From an uncultured Parachlamydiaceae bacterium (lineage in GTDB: Bacteria; Chlamydiota; Chlamydiia; Chlamydiales; Parachlamydiaceae), in the NCBI GenBank assembly GCA_963752155.1, contig CAVVXH010000011.1, positions 160,001-224,000 of the forward strand: DNA of 64,000 nucleotides, read 5' to 3'. Under the pieces are notes generated by a model. The model was not told where the DNA came from and did no database searches. It worked only from the letters and a program-made list of their open reading frames with translations. Shown piece by piece: positions 50,650 through 60,559 of this stretch. A program made the position numbers and the translations under genes. Position 1 is the stretch's first letter, and the number at the start of each line of letters is the position of its first letter.

Positions 50650-50658
50650 ATAAAAATA

Positions 50659-50694
50659 TGATATTCTGACATTAGGACAAATGTCAGAATATCA
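50659..50694. repeat. Stand-alone hairpin of the family A inner module
   Basis: tgatattctgacatt-aggaca-aatgtcagaatatca between convergent genes. Confidence 0.85.
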
Positions 50695-50708
50695 AGCCTG
50701 GAATTGTT

Positions 50709-51194
50709 TTACAGTTCCTTATCCCTTTTAAAAAAAATAGAATCCAACGACCACTTCCCAGGCCCTACAAACAAAAGAAATAACATGGCAAAAAATTGCG
50801 AATAATCAACACGCGATTCATGAACGACTGCCCAAAATCCCGATATGGGTGGAACAGGAGGATTAGGTAAAGGTGATGTGCCCAAATACAGGGCAATTTT
50901 TGTTGAAAGAAAGGCAACAATCATCTCTATAGCAAAAATAAATGCCCAGAAATTTGTCAACAACCCCAACAATAAACAAATCCCTCCAACAATTTCAATC
51001 GAACCTATCACATTAGAAGTGATATCTGGAAAAGAAAATCCAAGAAGCGTAAATCGCTTAACACCCTGACTTGCAAAGATAAATTTAAGAATCCCTTCAC
51101 CCAAAAAAACAAGTCCGGCAAATATTCGAATAAAGATAATAGATCTATACCCCTCTGTATACGGGTGTAAGAGCCAATCAAAAAATTTTGTCAT
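50709..51194 (-). CDS. DoxX family membrane protein
   Basis: IRIFAG.VF..EG..KF, EIVGG..LLLGL and GPGKWSLD motifs. Confidence 0.9.
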   Translation of the reverse strand: MTKFFDWLLHPYTEGYRSIIFIRIFAGLVFLGEGILKFIFASQGVKRFTLLGFSFPDITSNVIGSIEIVGGICLLLGLLTNFWAFIFAIEMIVAFLSTKIALYLGTSPLPNPPVPPISGFWAVVHESRVDYSQFFAMLFLLFVGPGKWSLDSIFFKRDKEL

Positions 51195-51379
51195 TATATA
51201 CCTCCTTTGTTATCCTCCAGATAAAGGTAAAGTAATTTTTTTGTCAAAAAAAATCAGCTCATGCCATTAAATTTTAAACAAACCTTAATCAACACGATAC
51301 ATAACGTTTTAATGAAAAAAATGAGTTTTTAAATACATACATAGTGAATCATTAACAATAGTACCCACAGGCGGATATT

Positions 51380-53911
51380 ATGAATATTAATGAACATTCA
51401 AATGTAAAACCCCTCGGCTTTAGCCATGTTTTGGATTCTAATACAGTTCCAAATCAAAAAAGACTTAAAATAGTTGAAATCATATTTGCAGATATAGCTA
51501 TTTCTTCCGCTCATGATTGTAAAAATATAAATTTAAAGCTATCTATTCAAGATCATGTCTGTCAGGTAAAAAAAACAAATAAAATCCATCTTTTTAAAAT
51601 TTATGACTCCATCTATATTATATCAAAAGGAATATTCGATTCGGGTAATCCAAAGGATATTTCAATTGCTAAAGTCAGTCAAAAACCTTTTATAAAAGGA
51701 ACCTCTTTCTTGCTATACGATCTGATTTATCTTGATGGATGCCAAAGATCGGATGTATTGAAGTTGACAAATATAAAAGCGAATATCATTAAAACCCAAC
51801 ATTTTATAAAAAATGAATGTACTGCACTTAATGAAATCCATAAAAATGGGTGGGCTATAGGCATTCAAGCGCTTCCTCTCGCTATTCTATCCAACTTTCC
51901 CTCTCAGGATTCAAATATCGAATTAGGTTATCTCAGCATTAAATATCAAACGAATGGATGTGGACTTAGAGAAATGCAATTTTCACTCTCCAGTGATGAA
52001 GCTACACGAATCACTTGCCAAGTCATTTTAGGATTAAATGCACTGCATGCATCAGGAAGAATTCACTGTAATCTATGTGAAAAAAATTTACTCTATCGAA
52101 AAAATGAACTTGTCATTGGTGGTTTAGGTTCTAGCCGCAAAGTCGAAAATCTTTCTCCGTTCAATAAATTTCCTTCAAGAACTGATCTATTTAAAGAAGA
52201 CGCTCGCTATTTAACATCATACTCCATTTTAGAACAAATAGATAAATTGCTTGCAGAAAATTACCCCTCATATGTCGATGCCGAACTTAACAAAAAAAAA
52301 GAAATTAAACAAACAATGATGCCTCAAATTATTCATCTTATGAAGGAAAGTGATAAATACGCACTTGGACTCACCCTCTTGAAACTTTGGGTTGGAAATT
52401 TACCGCCATTTCCATCATATTGTTTTGCAAATTCTCCTGATAAATTTATCTATAATTTTAATCTCTCCCACGTGCCTTCGATCAAAGAGCATTTACGAAA
52501 AAGCTATATTCCTCTTACCAAAGAAGCTCGGCACGCTATTTTAAATTTATTACTCTGTGGGTCCGATTCATTAAAAAATTCTAGAGAAATAGCAAAAATT
52601 CAGAAGAGAAAAGCAATCCAAAAAATCACGACCGATCTTGTGGCCGCAATTGAATTGTCGAAAATCAATAAAGATAAAAAGGAATTAGAAAACACCTTTA
52701 ATAGATTATCAACAATAAGTGCCGATATTATTTGTGAGTATGATGAAATTACTCGTCAAGATTTTGAAAAGCTAAATGAAATACAGATTAAAACTCAGAA
52801 TCGAATCGCAAAAATGTTTAATTTCAGACAACGAAAAGCATTTGAAATCATTTATGCAGATGCTTTCAAAGATCAAAATCTACACAACCCTAAAATTACA
52901 AAATCCTTGATTAAGGATAAATTACGCTCCATCAATAAGGAAAATCCAATCTGCGCTATTAAGACCTGTAATAAATTCTATGTGGTTTCACAAGAAATTC
53001 TCGATACCATTGGAACTAAAACCATTTCAATAGCTAGAAGAGAGCTGAATCACTTTGCAGAAGGCAGTTATGGCTACGTGTACAACGTAACTTATCTCTG
53101 TGGGTCCGAAAATTCTGATATCTTTAAACTCGCAAAGGAAGGAAAAGCAGCAGAAGAAGCTTTAGAAAATGAATGGGATATACTCCATCTACTTCATAAA
53201 CATAAAATTATTATTGGAATTCAAATTCCCCCTCACACATTGATTTCTTTCGGCTACCTTTCATTTAAATACCCTATGAACGGTAAAGATCTATCTGAAA
53301 TGATATTGAATAACAAGCTTATAATAACTGCTGAAGAAATTAACAAACTATCAAATAATATTATTTCTGCTTTATATTATATTCATACTAAGGGGATCAT
53401 TCATGGAGATCTTAAGATCAGAAATTTGCTTTATCGAAAAAATGATCTTGTCATAGGGGATTTTGGAGGAGCTAGAAGAATTGCAACTGCTTCCTTTAAA
53501 GTCTATCCTACTATTGATAACATATTTAATGGATGGATCATAAGTACTCCCTGTTACATATCGTACTCAATTTATAAGAAAATCGAGGCTTTACTTGATA
53601 AAAATAAAGATTCATACGATAAGACAGACTCTCAAACGAAAAATAGAATTTTAATAGCTATCATGGATCAAGTAAATGCTTTTTTAAAAAAAAATGACAA
53701 ATATGCATTAGGGCTAGCTCTTTTCGAGCTTTGGTTGGGACCTTTACCTCCACTCAATAAACTCGTTATTTTCAAACTTTCTTCACCAAAAGTTTGTTAC
53801 AGTTTTAATGACATAAAACAAATTTATTTAATTAAAGAAAGTTTACAAAAGAGCTATCTTTCCTCAGAAATGCAATACAAGATTATGTCCCTAATACTTG
53901 AAGGGATTTGA
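51380..53911 (+). CDS. Tandem pseudokinase-kinase (Ser/Thr kinase-like) protein
   Basis: Second unit has EGSYG, FKL, HGDLKIRN and DFG; first unit has KGTSF, HCNLCEKN and GLG. Confidence 0.85.
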   Translation: MNINEHSNVKPLGFSHVLDSNTVPNQKRLKIVEIIFADIAISSAHDCKNINLKLSIQDHVCQVKKTNKIHLFKIYDSIYIISKGIFDSGNPKDISIAKVSQKPFIKGTSFLLYDLIYLDGCQRSDVLKLTNIKANIIKTQHFIKNECTALNEIHKNGWAIGIQALPLAILSNFPSQDSNIELGYLSIKYQTNGCGLREMQFSLSSDEATRITCQVILGLNALHASGRIHCNLCEKNLLYRKNELVIGGLGSSRKVENLSPFNKFPSRTDLFKEDARYLTSYSILEQIDKLLAENYPSYVDAELNKKKEIKQTMMPQIIHLMKESDKYALGLTLLKLWVGNLPPFPSYCFANSPDKFIYNFNLSHVPSIKEHLRKSYIPLTKEARHAILNLLLCGSDSLKNSREIAKIQKRKAIQKITTDLVAAIELSKINKDKKELENTFNRLSTISADIICEYDEITRQDFEKLNEIQIKTQNRIAKMFNFRQRKAFEIIYADAFKDQNLHNPKITKSLIKDKLRSINKENPICAIKTCNKFYVVSQEILDTIGTKTISIARRELNHFAEGSYGYVYNVTYLCGSENSDIFKLAKEGKAAEEALENEWDILHLLHKHKIIIGIQIPPHTLISFGYLSFKYPMNGKDLSEMILNNKLIITAEEINKLSNNIISALYYIHTKGIIHGDLKIRNLLYRKNDLVIGDFGGARRIATASFKVYPTIDNIFNGWIISTPCYISYSIYKKIEALLDKNKDSYDKTDSQTKNRILIAIMDQVNAFLKKNDKYALGLALFELWLGPLPPLNKLVIFKLSSPKVCYSFNDIKQIYLIKESLQKSYLSSEMQYKIMSLILEGI

Positions 53912-53925
53912 GGCATGGATAGTAT

Positions 53926-53967
53926 AGTAAGGAGTAAGGAGTAAGGAGTAAGGAGTAAGGAGTAAGG
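53926..53967. repeat. Heptamer microsatellite (AGTAAGG)x6
   Basis: Six perfect copies counted. Confidence 0.97.
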
Positions 53968-54017
53968 ACATTATCAACAACCTTCAATGTAATTTTTAAT
54001 ATTATTGCTGTCCTTGT

Positions 54018-54668
54018 CGTCCTCACGATACAATGTGATAAGAATGATAGAATTATAAGAATGATAAGAATGATAAGAATGATAAGAATGATAGGAATGA
54101 TAGGAATGATAGGAATGATACAACGATAAGAACGATAGAAACGATAGGAACGATAAGAACGATAGGAACGATAAGAACGATAGGAACGATAGGAACGATA
54201 AGAATGATAAGAACGATAAAAACGATAAGAATGATAAAAATTAGAATTGAATCATCATATTAAATGGGAGGTGAGAGGCAGCCCTCGATTGGGGAGGGGA
54301 GAGGCATCCCTCGATTGGATGCATTTTTATAATTTTTAGCGTTCCTATCGTTCTTATCCTCCTATCATTCTTATCGTTCTTATCATTCTTATCGTTCCTA
54401 TCGTTCTTATCGTTCCTATCGTTCCTATCGTTCTTATCGTTCCTATCGTTCTTATCGTTCTTATCGTTCTTATCGTTCCTATCGTTCTTATCGTTCTTAT
54501 CGTTCCTATCGTTCCTATCGTTCCTATCGTTCTTATCGTTCCTATCGTTCCTATCGTTCCTATCGTTCCTATCGTTTTTATCGTTTTTATCGTTGTATCA
54601 TTCTTATAATTCCTATCATTCCTATAATTCCTATATCATTCCTATCTTATCGTTGTATCGTGACGACG
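54018..54668. repeat. Family F: large head-to-head 9-mer arrays (AAYGATARG / reverse complement) around a GC-rich core
   Basis: Left array about 54035-54240, right array about 54340-54650; outer tcacgatacaa/ttgtatcgtga; 27-bp direct repeat at 54266-54318. Confidence 0.95.
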
Positions 54669-54862
54669 ATAAGGCGAGGCAATAAGTGATAGGTTAAAAT
54701 AAAGACTATCACATGACAATGATTGCTTGCCGTCCTTGCAGTTCCTTCATCTCCCAATATCTAAATTAAAATTTTTAAACCATAAATCAAATTAATTAAT
54801 TTACTAAAAAAATCAGTTTATTCTATAATAACATTACGCCATCCTCTTTATTTGAGGTAATT

Positions 54863-55360
54863 ATGGATTTTTCGGAATACATTAAAATAGTGGAATCATG
54901 GATGGAGGTCATCTCCGTCCAATTAAAAACTGAGCTCCATCTCAATAAAGAAGGAATTTGCAGTTTTCAAGTCGGAGAAGACACTATCATTTCAATTGAA
55001 GTTTCTAAAGATTATCCATTTGTCAACATCTACAGTACATTGACTTCATTACCGAGTGAAGACTATGACTTAGCTGTGCTAATGATGGCTCGTAGTTTAG
55101 AGCTTAATGCATTCCAAGCGATCACTCGCGGAGGTGCAATAGCTGCCATACCAGGAGAGAGATTGTTAATTTTTTGCTACACGACTCCAATTGAAGGAGA
55201 AAGCGCGGAAATTTTTAACAATATTCTTGGTCGATTTTACGAAACAGTGATTGATTTAAAAAGCATATTAACCAATGACTTAACAAAAAATTCAAAGGAA
55301 ACTGTTAGCGTTTTCACCCGGCCAGAGAAAACAAAACCGCTAATTATGATCAGGGGCTAA
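54863..55360 (+). CDS. CesT/Tir-family type III secretion chaperone
   Basis: LHLNKEGICSF, LELNAFQ..TRGG and acidic small size. Confidence 0.8.
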   Translation: MDFSEYIKIVESWMEVISVQLKTELHLNKEGICSFQVGEDTIISIEVSKDYPFVNIYSTLTSLPSEDYDLAVLMMARSLELNAFQAITRGGAIAAIPGERLLIFCYTTPIEGESAEIFNNILGRFYETVIDLKSILTNDLTKNSKETVSVFTRPEKTKPLIMIRG

Positions 55361-55398
55361 ATCAATCTACTTTACATATTTCTAAGCTAGAGGTCACT

Positions 55399-56976
55399 AT
55401 GTCTATAGGAAATGTAAGTAAGATTGATGGTATTAAACCGTCATATGTCCCAGCTCCAAGCCAAAAACAAGGGCTCCAAGAAACATCATTATCTCAACAG
55501 GTCATACATCCTGTAAACTCTACAATAAACTCTACGAGTTCAAGAGATTCTGAACATCCTCCCATTTCCAATCAAAAGAATCAACTTGAAACGACTAAAT
55601 TAAATTTTCAAAAAATAACACCAATGCCATCAGGAGAGGGCCAGTTTGAACCTACAAAATCAATCAGAAGTAGCCCAAAGAATAACAGCCCCAAGATTAG
55701 CCCCAAAAAGGATGCCAAGCTTAGCCCTAAGAATACTATCGAAATGAGTCCTAAAGTTAGCCCTAAGAATAACATCAAAGTTAGCCCTAAGGCTAGCCCC
55801 AAGAATAAGTCATTAATGAGCTCTACAGAAGAAGAAAAAACTTCTGATATCCCCAAAGAGCAAATGGAGCCTATAGGACCGGCTACAAAATCAATCAAGA
55901 TTCCCTTGGAAAAGGATGAGATGTCACCCCAAACGCCGAAGGAAATAGAACTAGAACCAGCTACAAAATCAGTCAAAACCAGCCCAAAAAATTCTTCCTC
56001 TGAGAGCGAAGAGGGGCCCGTTATTCCTAAAGATCAGAGGGATAGATATCTTTTGCAAAAAGATAGTGAGTCATCTGAGGCGATTGTAAGAGAGCACTTA
56101 CCCTATGCCGAATGTTTAACTAAAATTCCAGATTTTTATGAAGCTTTGCATACTGGTATCAACGTTGAACTCTCACCTTCCGAAAAAAAAGCAATGGACC
56201 AATTTCGCACGAATTTAAACTTTGATGAAGTCAAAGGAGTTTTTTGCAAAACTATTGAAGAAGTCAATGGAGTTTTTTGCAATAGAGAAACAGGAACAAT
56301 GTTTTATCTTAAAGAAGTTATAAAAGGAAATGAAAAAGAACTTGTGCTTTGTTTTAGTGGCTTGGGTGGAATGAGAAATCAAATTGATAAGAAAGATGGC
56401 AAGGCTAGAGGTCTATTGAATCAATTAGATAAATCGCTCTCCGATCCAGATACTAAGTCTGCAATAAAGGATTTTTTAGGGTTAAAAACCGATGCTTCAA
56501 AAGAAGCAATGAAAATTGGAAATGAATTTAAAAAATTAGTTGATGAGTTTGCTAAAAATACAGATATAGGTAAGGGTAACGTTATTAGATATAGGGAAAG
56601 CGGTACCATTGTTGGGCATTCTCATGGGGGAGCTCTTGCACAATGCGCTGCGATGAGTTCGGGTCTCAGAGGAGTCGTTTTTAATTCTAGACCGGTAGGT
56701 GCTTGGGCAAGAAAACAGCTCGAGGTTAACGGAGCAAACACCCCAGAAATCACTGCATTCGTTAATAGCGGGGATTGGGTCTCCGATACAAACGGAGCAG
56801 TTCAAATATTAGCTAATGGCTCGGGGCGATTGTTTGATGGTCCTCATGATTTGTCAACTGTAACTTATGTGGTTCCCAAACCGGAAACAAAACAAAGTGC
56901 AAAGGAATGGCATAATAATTTGCTCAAAAGTTTTTTATCTGAGGACAAAAAGGACGTCAACAATAAAAGACTATAA
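55399..56976 (+). CDS. Candidate type III effector: SPK-repeat region plus lipase-like alpha/beta hydrolase
   Basis: Multiple SPK motifs; LVLCFSG; GHSHGG nucleophile elbow; GDWV; lies after the chaperone gene. Confidence 0.75.
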   Translation: MSIGNVSKIDGIKPSYVPAPSQKQGLQETSLSQQVIHPVNSTINSTSSRDSEHPPISNQKNQLETTKLNFQKITPMPSGEGQFEPTKSIRSSPKNNSPKISPKKDAKLSPKNTIEMSPKVSPKNNIKVSPKASPKNKSLMSSTEEEKTSDIPKEQMEPIGPATKSIKIPLEKDEMSPQTPKEIELEPATKSVKTSPKNSSSESEEGPVIPKDQRDRYLLQKDSESSEAIVREHLPYAECLTKIPDFYEALHTGINVELSPSEKKAMDQFRTNLNFDEVKGVFCKTIEEVNGVFCNRETGTMFYLKEVIKGNEKELVLCFSGLGGMRNQIDKKDGKARGLLNQLDKSLSDPDTKSAIKDFLGLKTDASKEAMKIGNEFKKLVDEFAKNTDIGKGNVIRYRESGTIVGHSHGGALAQCAAMSSGLRGVVFNSRPVGAWARKQLEVNGANTPEITAFVNSGDWVSDTNGAVQILANGSGRLFDGPHDLSTVTYVVPKPETKQSAKEWHNNLLKSFLSEDKKDVNNKRL

Positions 56977-57033
56977 GTACCACCACTAATTGCAGCAAAT
57001 TGAAAGGGAGTAAGGCAACCGTTATTCTCTTTT

Positions 57034-57190
57034 TTATTGTAATGAGTTGATTTCTTCTATAGTCAAGCCAGTCATTTTATGGATGAATTGAACATCAAGA
57101 CCTTCCTTGAGAAGTTTTTTTGCTGTTTTGGCTAATCCTATTTTTTCTCCTTCTTTTTTCCTATCTCCTTCCCTACCTCGATACCTATCT
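57034..57190 (-). pseudogene. C-terminal remnant of an Rpn-family (PD-(D/E)XK putative transposase) gene
   Basis: Translates as KEGEKIGLAKTAKKLLKEGLDVQFIHKMTGLTIEEINSLQ*; not in the ORF track. Confidence 0.7.
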
Positions 57191-57277
57191 ACTTCAATCA
57201 GCAGGTACAGTTTGCGACGAATTCGTAGCCTACCAAAACCAAATCAAGAAATTGCGTAAAAATTGATCTGTTCTTCG

Positions 57278-58510
57278 TCAGGAACTAACAGGAGGCATCC
57301 GCTCGAATTTCCATAACTGGGGTAGAAAAAAATTAAGGAAAAACAAACAAACCAATGCGATCAGAGCCCCTATGGCTAAAGTCACTTGAATTCCATAGAG
57401 ATCAGCCATAAATCCCAATAGGGTATTTCCTAATAACGGCCCGCTTGTATAACTTAACATTTCAAAACCAGCCATCCGCCCACGTATCTCCTTTGGAATC
57501 GTTTCATTCCAAATTGTCATTCGAAACACACCACTCATCATATCAAAATATCCAGCAAACAATAATCCCAGTAAAATGTACTCAAATCTATTAGCCATGC
57601 CCACAAAGAACATTGAGAAAGCCCAACAACTAGCTGCAAGAACGATATACACTCCACAACGCCGAATATCAAGTGTCCATCGCGAAAAAAGGGTCATCAA
57701 AAGTGCTCCGGTCGATGGCAAAGCATACAACAGCCCTAGAGCATCGAGTCGATCAAAAGCCATGGCCAAAGCAGGAAAAAGCGCCACTGGATTGCAAAAA
57801 ACCATTGCAATGAAATCATTGGCATAACTCCCCAATATATCCGGGCGAGACTGAAGATACCGTTTTCCTTCTACAAGTTCCTCAAAAAAACTCTTTAAGG
57901 TTACTCGGTGAGGAGCTTCATCAGAGACTCCTTTATATTTAATGCTAAGTAGAAAAAGCAAAGAAATGAGAAAACTCAAAGCATCGAGTAGATATGTCCA
58001 CATTGCCCCTATACTTACAATCAAAACGCCTCCGATGAGAGGACTTAAAATCGTAGTTAAAATGTGACGCATGGGTGATAAAGCACTGACTTTAGCTAAA
58101 TCTTCAGGATTAACCAGTCGTGGGGTAAGTGCTTCCAAGGCAGGACGGTGCAACCCATTCATAAATGAGGCAAAGCCAGCTAACAAGAAAATAACCGACA
58201 AACTTGGCGCCTCCATCGATGCATTTAGAGCCAATCCAATGGGAATGACACAAAGTATCGCTTCAGAAACGAGCAATACACGCCTTTTATCAAAACGGTC
58301 TGCAAGTACTCCTCCGATCAAGCTAGAAATAAAAAGAAAAACAAATTCCACCCCACTGATTAAACCAGTCCAAAACACTGATTTTGTGAGAAAATAGATC
58401 TGAAACGGAATGATCACAGCTGTCATCTGTGATCCAAAAGCTGAAATCAGTTGCCCTAAAAACAATCGTCTGAAATTAGGGACTTTAAGTGGAGAAAGAT
58501 CTATCAACAT
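57278..58510 (-). CDS. MFS transporter (EntS-like/DHA3)
   Basis: FRRLFLGQLIS..G, GGVLADRFDKRR and about 12 TM segments. Confidence 0.9.
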   Translation of the reverse strand: MLIDLSPLKVPNFRRLFLGQLISAFGSQMTAVIIPFQIYFLTKSVFWTGLISGVEFVFLFISSLIGGVLADRFDKRRVLLVSEAILCVIPIGLALNASMEAPSLSVIFLLAGFASFMNGLHRPALEALTPRLVNPEDLAKVSALSPMRHILTTILSPLIGGVLIVSIGAMWTYLLDALSFLISLLFLLSIKYKGVSDEAPHRVTLKSFFEELVEGKRYLQSRPDILGSYANDFIAMVFCNPVALFPALAMAFDRLDALGLLYALPSTGALLMTLFSRWTLDIRRCGVYIVLAASCWAFSMFFVGMANRFEYILLGLLFAGYFDMMSGVFRMTIWNETIPKEIRGRMAGFEMLSYTSGPLLGNTLLGFMADLYGIQVTLAIGALIALVCLFFLNFFLPQLWKFERMPPVSS

Positions 58511-58530
58511 ACTTTAACCTATAAAGCCAT

Positions 58531-58593
58531 AATCGCTTCTGATGGGGTGCGCCTTCACCTTTTGGGAATGATCGCCCCCCATCAGAAGCGATT
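58531..58593. repeat. 17-bp perfect inverted repeat between lepB and the MFS gene
   Basis: aatcgcttctgatgggg ... ccccatcagaagcgatt. Confidence 0.85.
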
Positions 58594-58642
58594 CTAACTC
58601 AAATCTTGCATCACTTTATCATCTTGACTGCCGTTTATAGGC

Positions 58643-60559
58643 TTAATGTGAGGGTTCAGCTCTCGAATGATGATTCAAAACAATCGGTCGACGTAAATAA
58701 CAGCGACGAAACAAATACCATATCAATCCACACAACGCCACTATACTCCAGACAATCAGACGAGGCAATTCAATTAATTTATATGGAGCTTGCCAAGGTG
58801 GGCCCATACGATCCCCTGGTGGCCAAAGGATGAGAGAAGGTGCACCTTGCAAATTAGCTTCCGGAACAAACCCAAAGGCCCTACTATCAGAGCTCATAGC
58901 ATGGTTATCGCCAAGCATTAGATATTGCTGTGAAGGAACTGTGACGCCAAAGGTTCGAATAAACACAGTGTCAAAAACATCGCCCTTAAGAGGAGCTCCA
59001 TAATCTTTGAAAGCTGCATAAGGCTTTTCTTTTGTCGATCTATTTTCTCTGTCTTCTTCCCTTTGATTAAATTCTTTCAACAAAGGATCCTCTTTTTTAA
59101 ATAACGGAGCCCCCAAGGCATAGAGATCTCCTTCTCGGAAATAAACATAACGTGAAGGTTGATTCCATTGATTTGAAGAACTCGGCACAAAGGCACTATA
59201 CATTTCAATTCCAAGATTGAAAAGTTTTTGTATATTTTCTGGGTCACGATGATACAATGGATTCATTGGGTCTGCATCAGAGATCCATCCACCCCAACCT
59301 ACATTATACAATTTGCCATTATAGAATTCGTAGGTACCATCTGGAACATTTGCAAAAGCTGGAGATTTAGGCTCAAAATGAGTCCCTTCGACATTATAGC
59401 GCGTCGCTCGACCATTTTTGAAGACGAGACGGGCCGTATACATGTTCTCCATGAGCTTATCAAGGTGCTCTTGTTGCAAAGGTATAACCGATTTTAAAGT
59501 CGACAACAGGATCGGATGACGCGAATTTTGAGAAATTGTAGGGTGCGGATATGTGGTGCTAGGATGATGACTCAGCTCTAGATAGAGAACCCCCTCAGGT
59601 AGATCCTTAGCATCAATATGATCGATCTCTTTTAGTTCTTTGGCTGTCAGTAACCTAGCCATTGCAAAATTGCGCATGCCAAAGAAATCGCTGTAAGCTT
59701 TTAGAGAAGAATGGTCTGTCGATTGAGCTGTAGGATCGTCAGGAATCCATTTATTTCCACTATAAATTTCCCCTTTAAGATCACGACCTTCGACTTGAAG
59801 TCGCGCAATGGGGATATTCATTTGATTAAAGCGCACTTCTCTTTGAGAAACTGGCAAAGATTCTCCCGAAAAGCGCATCATTGGGATATGCTCAAAATTA
59901 AACTGTAGGCGAGCATCCATCCATGGGGCATCTAAAAGTTCTTTAATAGGATTGCCATCCTTATCGATCCCATAGATTTTTCCACCATAAAAATAAAGAC
60001 TATCCCCAGGTTTCCCAATAAGCCGTTTAATAAGTCTCTTTTTGTAAGGAATCACCCACATAAACATTGTGTCTTCATCAAGACGATCAATGCCTTCACT
60101 CGTAAAAGTGATTGCCCCTCCACGCTTCACAAGAGTAGGATCAAAAAGGAGATGTCCTGTTGTCATGGGAATATTAATGCCAAAAGGTGTTTTAGTCACA
60201 GCAACACGATCTTGTTCGCGAAAGGTTGGACGCATGGACCCAGTCGGAATTTCATACAATTCAAACCAAACCTGTCTAACGACCACTGCAAGAAGAAGAG
60301 CCACTAAAATAGCAACCACGATCTCTTTAAAATAGTCGAAAAAAGACTTTTTACAATGTTCTTTAGCATAAGCTTCCAGCGCATGTGCTTGATCGGAAGA
60401 CTTCTGGCGATCCCCTGCTGCTATGCTTCCTTCCAAGGCAAGCATTTGCTCTTCTAAGACAGTCACTTCGTGCGCAGACAACTGATCGTTTTTTTTCTGA
60501 TACCAGCTGTATACACTTTGTAAGATGCCACGTGATTTATTAAAACTAAGTTTTTTCAT
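58643..60559 (-). CDS. lepB: Signal peptidase I (long chlamydial form)
   Basis: IPTGSMRPT, IKRLIGKPGD and LGDNHAMSSDSR motifs; 638 aa. Confidence 0.93.
   Translation of the reverse strand: MKKLSFNKSRGILQSVYSWYQKKNDQLSAHEVTVLEEQMLALEGSIAAGDRQKSSDQAHALEAYAKEHCKKSFFDYFKEIVVAILVALLLAVVVRQVWFELYEIPTGSMRPTFREQDRVAVTKTPFGINIPMTTGHLLFDPTLVKRGGAITFTSEGIDRLDEDTMFMWVIPYKKRLIKRLIGKPGDSLYFYGGKIYGIDKDGNPIKELLDAPWMDARLQFNFEHIPMMRFSGESLPVSQREVRFNQMNIPIARLQVEGRDLKGEIYSGNKWIPDDPTAQSTDHSSLKAYSDFFGMRNFAMARLLTAKELKEIDHIDAKDLPEGVLYLELSHHPSTTYPHPTISQNSRHPILLSTLKSVIPLQQEHLDKLMENMYTARLVFKNGRATRYNVEGTHFEPKSPAFANVPDGTYEFYNGKLYNVGWGGWISDADPMNPLYHRDPENIQKLFNLGIEMYSAFVPSSSNQWNQPSRYVYFREGDLYALGAPLFKKEDPLLKEFNQREEDRENRSTKEKPYAAFKDYGAPLKGDVFDTVFIRTFGVTVPSQQYLMLGDNHAMSSDSRAFGFVPEANLQGAPSLILWPPGDRMGPPWQAPYKLIELPRLIVWSIVALCGLIWYLFRRCYLRRPIVLNHHSRAEPSH

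Noticed and set aside
54018..54668. Possible CRISPR array
   Set aside because: The units are 9-bp tandem repeats with no unique spacers, the 27-bp core repeat has only two adjacent copies, and no cas genes are present.
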